A stretch of DNA of 64,000 nt from Acutalibacteraceae bacterium (lineage in GTDB: Bacteria; Bacillota; Clostridia; Oscillospirales; Acutalibacteraceae): positions 532 to 64,531 of the forward strand of contig JAZQTZ010000052.1 in assembly GCA_045631105.1 (NCBI GenBank), read 5' to 3'. The position numbers were made by a program, and so were the translations under genes. The notes beneath the pieces are model-generated. The model ran no database searches and was not told where the DNA came from. It was given only the letters and a program-made list of their open reading frames with translations. Of this stretch, positions 57,952 through 64,000 are shown piece after piece (the stretch's first letter is position 1; each line of letters starts with the position of its first letter).

Positions 57952-59223
57952 TTATATATTCTCTCTGTACTTCTTTCTTGCATATCTGAAAATAATATAT
58001 GCAATGCAAATCAATGCGAAAATTCCGATATAGAGCGCATACTTCTGCGCCTCGGGAGTCATTTCTTCGCCGTTATCGATTGATGCATCTTCACCGCCGA
58101 AGAAAAGTGCAGAATTGCCTGTGCCGGACGGAACGTGGTTTTTAACATCGTCCCAGAGTGTACTCATAAGAGCAAGAATCTCGGGTTTGAGATTAAGGAA
58201 AAGCTGTGTCTTGAACTGACCGTCGGCAGGATAAAGAATTTCATCCTCGTAGAATGAATATTCAGGGTTGGTGTAAACACCCGTATGAGGGCTTGCATAG
58301 CAGATATATTCGGCATTTGCAAGAGCAACCTCGGGTTCAAGAAGGAAATTGATATAAAGCTCTGCTGCAAGTTTATTCTTTGAGCCTTTGAGGATGCAAG
58401 CGCCGTCAACAAAGAAGTTTACGCCTTCTTCGGGATATACAAACGCAAGGTCAGGATTATTCTCCTGCATTGAAAGGAAATCTCCTGCATAATAGGGTGC
58501 AAAAGCAGCTTCGCCCGATTCCATTTTAAGGAAAACTTCGTCGTTTACATATGCGGGTGAAACACTCTTCTGTTCCTTGAGAAGCTCTGCGGCAATTCTC
58601 CATGAAGCGGGAGATTCGTTGTTATAGTCCATTCCGAGAACGCTCTGTGCAATCGCAAAAGCATCGCGGGGATTGTTGAACATGAGGATACTGTTGGAAT
58701 AATTTTTATCCCAGAGTGAAGTCCAGCTTGTGGGAGCTTCTTCAACCATTGCCGTGTTATAGATAAGACCAACCATACCAACCGTATAGGGCACGGAATA
58801 GGCATTTTCAGGGTCATGAGCAAGGTTTTTATACTTTTCGGGGATATATTTATAGTTCGGAATATTCGAAAAATCGAGAGGCTGAAGCATATCTTCGGCG
58901 ATCATTCTCTGAATCATATAATCCGAAGGAATAACGATATCATAGGAAACTCCGCCGCCTTTAAGCTTTGAATACATAACCTCGTTGTTGTCATAGGTTT
59001 CATAAACAACTTCGATACCGTATTTTTCTTCAAAAGCCGCATTTACGTTAAGCGAATCATCGACACCGTCGGAAATATATTCACCCCAGTTATAAACATA
59101 GAGGGTTGTGCCTCTGAGGGCATCTATCTCACTCTGCTCCGCCGCAAATGCAAACGAACACGGAACAAGAGCTATAATCAGCGCAAGAAGCGCTGAAACT
59201 ATTCTGTTTTTCAAATTTATCAC
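57952..59223 (-). CDS. potD: Spermidine/putrescine ABC substrate-binding protein
   Basis: LYVYNWGEYI, YDIVIPSDYM and YSVPY motifs, plus a C-terminal TM. Confidence 0.92.
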   Translation of the reverse strand: MINLKNRIVSALLALIIALVPCSFAFAAEQSEIDALRGTTLYVYNWGEYISDGVDDSLNVNAAFEEKYGIEVVYETYDNNEVMYSKLKGGGVSYDIVIPSDYMIQRMIAEDMLQPLDFSNIPNYKYIPEKYKNLAHDPENAYSVPYTVGMVGLIYNTAMVEEAPTSWTSLWDKNYSNSILMFNNPRDAFAIAQSVLGMDYNNESPASWRIAAELLKEQKSVSPAYVNDEVFLKMESGEAAFAPYYAGDFLSMQENNPDLAFVYPEEGVNFFVDGACILKGSKNKLAAELYINFLLEPEVALANAEYICYASPHTGVYTNPEYSFYEDEILYPADGQFKTQLFLNLKPEILALMSTLWDDVKNHVPSGTGNSALFFGGEDASIDNGEEMTPEAQKYALYIGIFALICIAYIIFRYARKKYRENI

Positions 59224-59238
59224 TCCTTTGAGTAATAA

Positions 59239-60042
59239 TTACTTCTTCTTTGATTTTTCATCGCTCTTCTGCTGTGCGATATTATAAAGAATAAGGAGCA
59301 GAAGAATGCTGACAAATATCAAAGCGGAAAGCGCATACATATCGGGTTTTACCCTCTTCTTTGTCATTGAGAAAATCGCAATGGGAAGAGTCTGGAAGCC
59401 CGGTCCGCCGGTGAAATAGCTGATAATAAAGTCATCCAGCGAAAGAGTAAACGCCATAATCATGCCTGTTATAATACCCGGCATAATCGAAGGAAGAACA
59501 ACCTTGAAGAATGCCGATGCAGGCTTACATCCAAGGTCCTGTGCAGCTTCAGCAAGATTTCTGTCGGTCTGGCGAAGCTTGGGAAGAACGGTAAGAATAA
59601 CATAAGGCAGATTGAATGTGACGTGAGCGATAAGCAATGTTCCGAATCCGAGAACAGCATCAATATTGACAAGTCTGCCGACAAAAACAAAAAGGAGCAT
59701 CATTGAAATACCCGTTACGATTTCGGGATTCATCATGGGGATATTGGTTACCGCCATAATACCTGAACGGGGAATGCCTTTTTTGAATTTATCGATTCCC
59801 ACCGCTGCGGCAGTTCCGAGAACCGTTGCAATAACGGACGAACTGACTGCAAGGATAAGAGTATTATAAAGCGCTCTGAGGGTTGCTTCATCCTCAAAGA
59901 GAACTTTATACCAATCAAGCGAAAAGCCTGAAAAAACGCTTGTGCTGCTCGATGAATTGAATGAAAAAACAATCATTACAATAATCGGAGCATAGAGGAA
60001 TGTGAATACGAGAGCGGCATATACCTTTGAAGCAATTTTCAT
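59239..60042 (-). CDS. potC: Spermidine/putrescine ABC permease
   Basis: FLYAPI, EAAQDLG and FTLSLDDF motifs. Confidence 0.93.
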   Translation of the reverse strand: MKIASKVYAALVFTFLYAPIIVMIVFSFNSSSSTSVFSGFSLDWYKVLFEDEATLRALYNTLILAVSSSVIATVLGTAAAVGIDKFKKGIPRSGIMAVTNIPMMNPEIVTGISMMLLFVFVGRLVNIDAVLGFGTLLIAHVTFNLPYVILTVLPKLRQTDRNLAEAAQDLGCKPASAFFKVVLPSIMPGIITGMIMAFTLSLDDFIISYFTGGPGFQTLPIAIFSMTKKRVKPDMYALSALIFVSILLLLILYNIAQQKSDEKSKKK

Positions 60043-60863
60043 ATAACCATGCCCTCCTCGTCACCCGAAAAGCGGTTCATAACCGCCATACAGATAAGAA
60101 TAAGCACCATGAGAACAAGTGAAAGCGATGCGCCGAGATTATAGTTATATGACTGCTGAAACTGTCTTTCGATAACGTCGCCGATAAGGTCAAATGAACC
60201 GCCGCCGAGCTTCTGTGAAATATAGAATGTGCTGACGGAAGGAACGAATACCATGGTGATACCCGAAACAATACCGGGCATACTCATGGGAATAATGCAT
60301 TTTCTGATAACGGTGAGTCTGTTTCCGCCGAGGTCCTGACAGGCTTCAACCATGCTGTAGTCAAGCTTTGCCATAACAGAATAAATCGGCATAATCATAT
60401 AGGGCAGGAAATTATAAACCATACCCAATATAACGGCGCCCTCGGTGTTAATCATATGTATCGGGTCAATTCCGAGTTTTCCGAGAAAGCTGTTAATGAT
60501 ACCCGTATCCTGAAGAAGAGCCATCCATGAATATGTTCTGATAAGAAAGCTCATCCACATCGGGAGCATAACAAGCATAACGAGGGTCCGCTGAACTTTT
60601 TCGGTTTTCTGCGAAATGATATAGGCAAGAGGGAATGCAATGATAAGACAGATTATCGTCGCAACTATTCCGAACCATATCGAACGCAGAAAAGTCGGAA
60701 CATATTTTCCGAGAGCTTCAATGTTTTCAAAAGTAAAAACTCCCGAAGCATCAGTAAATGAATAATAAACAACAAAAATCAGCGGAGCAACTATGAAAAG
60801 AACCGACCAGACGATATAAGGAGAAGCAATAAGCTTTGTTGCAAAAGAAGAACGGTTGTTCAT
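60039..60863 (-). CDS. potB: Spermidine/putrescine ABC permease
   Basis: [14 protein letters not shown] and [12 protein letters not shown] motifs. Confidence 0.93.
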   Translation of the reverse strand: MNNRSSFATKLIASPYIVWSVLFIVAPLIFVVYYSFTDASGVFTFENIEALGKYVPTFLRSIWFGIVATIICLIIAFPLAYIISQKTEKVQRTLVMLVMLPMWMSFLIRTYSWMALLQDTGIINSFLGKLGIDPIHMINTEGAVILGMVYNFLPYMIMPIYSVMAKLDYSMVEACQDLGGNRLTVIRKCIIPMSMPGIVSGITMVFVPSVSTFYISQKLGGGSFDLIGDVIERQFQQSYNYNLGASLSLVLMVLILICMAVMNRFSGDEEGMVI

Positions 60864-61984
60864 TCCTCAACCTCCTCCTCTGCATTGGAAAGCTCGTCGA
60901 ATTCTTCGCTGAATGAGCTGTAATCACCGTAAATACCCGAATATTCGGATTTTTTCATGATGTGAATTGCATCGGGTTCGATGAAAAGACCGATTTTTGC
61001 GCCCTCGGGCTGATAATCGGTTGTCTGAATCATCCACTTGAAACCGCCGATATCAACGATGATTTCAAAGTGAACGCCCTTGAACGTTACGGATGTTACT
61101 ACACCGCAGAGCATTCCTTTTTCGGGTTCAACAACGTCAACGTCTTCGGGACGGACAACAACGTCAACTGCCTCGTTTTTGCCGAATCCCTTATCAAGGC
61201 ATTCAAAACGATGACCAGAGAAATCAACAAGGCAGTCATCAATCATAACGCCGTCAAGAATATTACTTTCGCCGATAAAGTCAGCAACAAAAGCATTCTT
61301 GGGTTCATTATAGATATCAAGAGGAGTTCCTATCTGCTGAATAACGCCGCCGTCCATAACAACGATTGTGTCAGACATTGAAAGAGCTTCCTCCTGGTCA
61401 TGGGTAACGTAAATAAAGGTTATGCCGAGTCTCTGCTGAATTTTTTTCAGTTCAACCTGCATATCCTTACGGAGTTTGAGGTCAAGAGCGCCGAGAGGTT
61501 CGTCAAGAAGAAGAACTCTGGGTTTTACTGCAAGAGCTCTTGCGATTGCAACTCTCTGCTGCTGACCGCCTGAAAGCGAATTTATGTTACGTTTATTAAA
61601 GCCCGTCAGGTTAACCAGAGCGAGCATTTCTTCAACGGTTTCTTTAATCTGCTTTTCGGGAACTTTCTTTATTCTCAGACCGAAAGCAACGTTTTCATAA
61701 ACGTTAAGGTGCGGAAAAAGGGCATAACGCTGAAAAATAGTGTTAACCTGCCTTTTGTGAGGAGGAACACCATTAATTTTTTTGCCTTCAAAAATGACCT
61801 CACCTTCGTCGGGTTCGATAAATCCCGCAATTATCCTGAGCGTGGTAGTTTTACCGCAGCCCGAAGGACCAAGAAACGTTATAAACTCCTTGTCACGAAT
61901 GTAGAGGTTGAGATTCTTAAGCACCTGATTATTCCCGAAAGTTACGGAAATGTTTTTTAAATCGATTATCGCATTTTTCTTCAA
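60860..61984 (-). CDS. potA: Spermidine/putrescine ABC ATP-binding protein
   Basis: [24 protein letters not shown] and LLLDEP motifs. Confidence 0.95.
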   Translation of the reverse strand: MKKNAIIDLKNISVTFGNNQVLKNLNLYIRDKEFITFLGPSGCGKTTTLRIIAGFIEPDEGEVIFEGKKINGVPPHKRQVNTIFQRYALFPHLNVYENVAFGLRIKKVPEKQIKETVEEMLALVNLTGFNKRNINSLSGGQQQRVAIARALAVKPRVLLLDEPLGALDLKLRKDMQVELKKIQQRLGITFIYVTHDQEEALSMSDTIVVMDGGVIQQIGTPLDIYNEPKNAFVADFIGESNILDGVMIDDCLVDFSGHRFECLDKGFGKNEAVDVVVRPEDVDVVEPEKGMLCGVVTSVTFKGVHFEIIVDIGGFKWMIQTTDYQPEGAKIGLFIEPDAIHIMKKSEYSGIYGDYSSFSEEFDELSNAEEEVEE

Positions 61985-62071
61985 TTATGCAGCCCCTCTC
62001 TGCCTTTGCCGGGTTACGTAGTTTCATCAAAAACTGTTACGGCGAAGCGGCCAATAATATCAATAATATAT

Positions 62072-62349
62072 TAGGGTAACAAGCATAGTCCGAATCTGCC
62101 CGAAAGCGAGCCTTTTCAGCGCTTTTCGGGGTTTCGTATTAGAAAGGCGTCAGCCTATCGTCATCCTCAACCACCAAAAATCATCTGAAAATCCTTCGAT
62201 TTCGGGTCGAAGATTTTTTGTCGAGAGGATTTTCGGATAATTCAAGGCAAAAACGGAGCAAATCCTTGACGGATTTGCGAGTATTTTAACGAAGAAGTAA
62301 CGAAAATAATCCGACAAAAAACACGATTCGGATTATGCTCGTTACCCTA
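62072..62349. mobile_element. MITE, 278 bp, 25-bp terminal inverted repeats, TA at both ends
   Basis: Left TAGGGTAACAAGCATAGTCCGAATC. Reverse complement of the right end TAGGGTAACGAGCATAATCCGAATC (2 mismatches). No long ORF, internal hairpins. Confidence 0.85.
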
Positions 62350-62355
62350 CTATAA

Positions 62356-62384
62356 AATATAGTGCAAAATATCGCAAATGTCAA
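62356..62384 (-). promoter_or_regulatory. SigA promoter for potABCD
   Basis: TTGACA-N17-TATATT on the minus strand, directly abutting the MITE. Confidence 0.75.
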
Positions 62385-62521
62385 CAATTTTTTTGAGAAA
62401 TTCACGATAAATCCATTGCTGTTCAAAGCTTATAAATATTTTTCTTTGATTTACTCTTAAATACTCGTTTTTACTCCGTTTTGCTTGCTTTTTTGTTTTA
62501 ATAATTTTTTTGAAATTCTGC

Positions 62522-62551
62522 GGTAAATTATCCCGTTTTCAGGCAATACTT
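62522..62551 (+). promoter_or_regulatory. SigF/SigG-type promoter of sigG
   Basis: GGTAA-N15-GGCAATACTT. Confidence 0.55.
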
Positions 62552-62583
62552 TAACTGTCAACAAAATTTATCGGGGTGATTAT

Positions 62584-63360
62584 TTGCAGTTCAACAAGGT
62601 TGAAATATGCGGAATCAACACAGCAAAGCTGAAAGTTCTTAAGGAAAGTGAAAAAATCGAACTCCTCAAAAAGGCAAGAACGGGAGATAAGAATGCAAGA
62701 GATGAACTTGTGACAGGTAATCTGAGGCTTGTTCTGAGCGTCATTCAGAGATTTGCAAACAGGGGTGAAAATCCCGATGACCTTTTCCAGGTCGGATGCA
62801 TCGGACTGATAAAGGCGATAGATAACTTTGATTTAAGCCTGGATGTCAGATTCAGCACCTATGCCTGTCCGATGATAATCGGCGAAGTGAGACGCCATCT
62901 GAGGGATAATAATCCCATAAGAGTCAGCCGTTCTGTCAGGGATACGGCATATCATGCTATGCAGGTCAGGGAAAGGCTTATAAATGAGCTTGAACGCGAC
63001 CCAACTCCCGAAGAAATCGCAAAAGAACTCGGCATAGACAAAGAAAGCGTTGTTATTGCGCTTGATGCCATAGTCGAACCCGTTTCGCTCAACGAACCCG
63101 TTTATTCCGACGGAGGCGACACGATTTATGTTATGGACCAGATAGGCGACACCGAAACTGACGAAAACTGGCTCGAGGAAATTCTCCTTCGTCAAGCAAT
63201 TAAAAATCTGAGCGCAAGAGAGAAAAAAATCCTCCATCTGCGCTTTATGCTCGGTAAAACACAGATGGAAGTTGCCGATGAAATCGGGATATCCCAGGCG
63301 CAGGTTTCGAGACTTGAGAAAGGTGCAATCAAACGCATCAAGGACAATAACAAAGCATAA
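62584..63360 (+). CDS. sigG: Forespore sigma factor SigG
   Basis: NKVEICGINTAKL, GNLRLVLSVIQRF, DDLFQVGCIGLIKA and QMEVADEIGISQAQVSRLEK motifs. Confidence 0.97.
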   Translation: MQFNKVEICGINTAKLKVLKESEKIELLKKARTGDKNARDELVTGNLRLVLSVIQRFANRGENPDDLFQVGCIGLIKAIDNFDLSLDVRFSTYACPMIIGEVRRHLRDNNPIRVSRSVRDTAYHAMQVRERLINELERDPTPEEIAKELGIDKESVVIALDAIVEPVSLNEPVYSDGGDTIYVMDQIGDTETDENWLEEILLRQAIKNLSAREKKILHLRFMLGKTQMEVADEIGISQAQVSRLEKGAIKRIKDNNKA

Positions 63361-63387
63361 AAAGGCGGTCAGATGACCGCCTTTTTC

Positions 63388-64000
63388 TTATTTTTCAACT
63401 ACATATGTTGCATAAGCAAGCATTTCGCCTCTGAGGAAATCAACCGCATTGAAAACGATTTTATCCTCATAAACAGTTACTATCATACCCTCGGAAGAAC
63501 GCATATAATGTTCGGTTGTATCGGCGAGATTTGCCTTTGTTCTTCTGGGTGAAGAAACGCTTGAAAGATGAACCATCGTTGCATATTCACCGTTATAATC
63601 CGCAATGTTGAGGTTGGGATTGAGTTCCTGCATATCATATGCCCAATGGGAATGACCGTTGAAATAAACAACATTTTCGTATTTATCCATCATTTCTCTG
63701 AAACGCACCTCATCGGGGCATCCGCTTGTGAAAGCAAGGTCATAGTGGTGTCCCTTGTTGTTGATAAGGTTGCCCTCACCCATCTTGGGTTCTTCACCCT
63801 CAACGGGATTATTGAGGAAAGTGTGGAAGAAAAGATAAACGGTTTTATCCTTATAGGTTTCAAGCTGCATTTCAAGCCAGTTGAGCTGGTCATCAGTCAG
63901 AATGCGGCTTTCGGGTCTGTTATAATCCCATTCATACTGTGAAAGAAAAATAAATGCATCTCCGTTCACGCTGTCGGGCGCATAAACAAAATCAAGTCCG
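63388..64000 (-). CDS. Calcineurin-like metallophosphoesterase, 5' end outside window
   Basis: QLNWLE..L, FFH and YFNGHSH motifs. Confidence 0.8.
   Translation of the reverse strand, partial: GLDFVYAPDSVNGDAFIFLSQYEWDYNRPESRILTDDQLNWLEMQLETYKDKTVYLFFHTFLNNPVEGEEPKMGEGNLINNKGHHYDLAFTSGCPDEVRFREMMDKYENVVYFNGHSHWAYDMQELNPNLNIADYNGEYATMVHLSSVSSPRRTKANLADTTEHYMRSSEGMIVTVYEDKIVFNAVDFLRGEMLAYATYVVEK

Overview
A 64-kb chromosomal window from a low-GC, spore-forming Clostridia bacterium, probably Oscillospirales/Ruminococcaceae-like (inferred from gene content). It is mostly core genome. It holds a dcw cluster (mraZ-rsmH-ftsL-spoVD/ftsI-murE-murF-mraY-like-ftsW-murG-murA-ftsQ-ftsZ), scattered sporulation genes (gpr, spoVAE, sigG), rpsT, acpP, nagA, malQ, pgm, potABCD, an FMN riboswitch upstream of ribU, many phosphoesterases and a ~1780-aa secreted dockerin-bearing protein. 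I found no rRNA, tRNA, CRISPR array, prophage or transposase. Best leads: (1) the dcw mraY has lost key catalytic residues, murD is absent, and a MITE remnant sits in its place; (2) a MITE family, with one intact copy at the predicted start of the potABCD transcript; (3) a dense DnaA-box cluster between convergent genes, with no dnaA in the window; (4) an antitoxin-less MazF behind a forespore-type promoter; (5) a DedA/VTT-nucleoside hydrolase fusion next to an orphan binding lipoprotein; (6) an N-terminal targeting motif shared by unrelated phosphoesterases; (7) an unassigned attenuator leader upstream of an ArsB/NhaD-type permease; (8) an unannotated 50-aa membrane protein ending in CSCC. 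All calls come from reading motifs by eye; no database searches were run.
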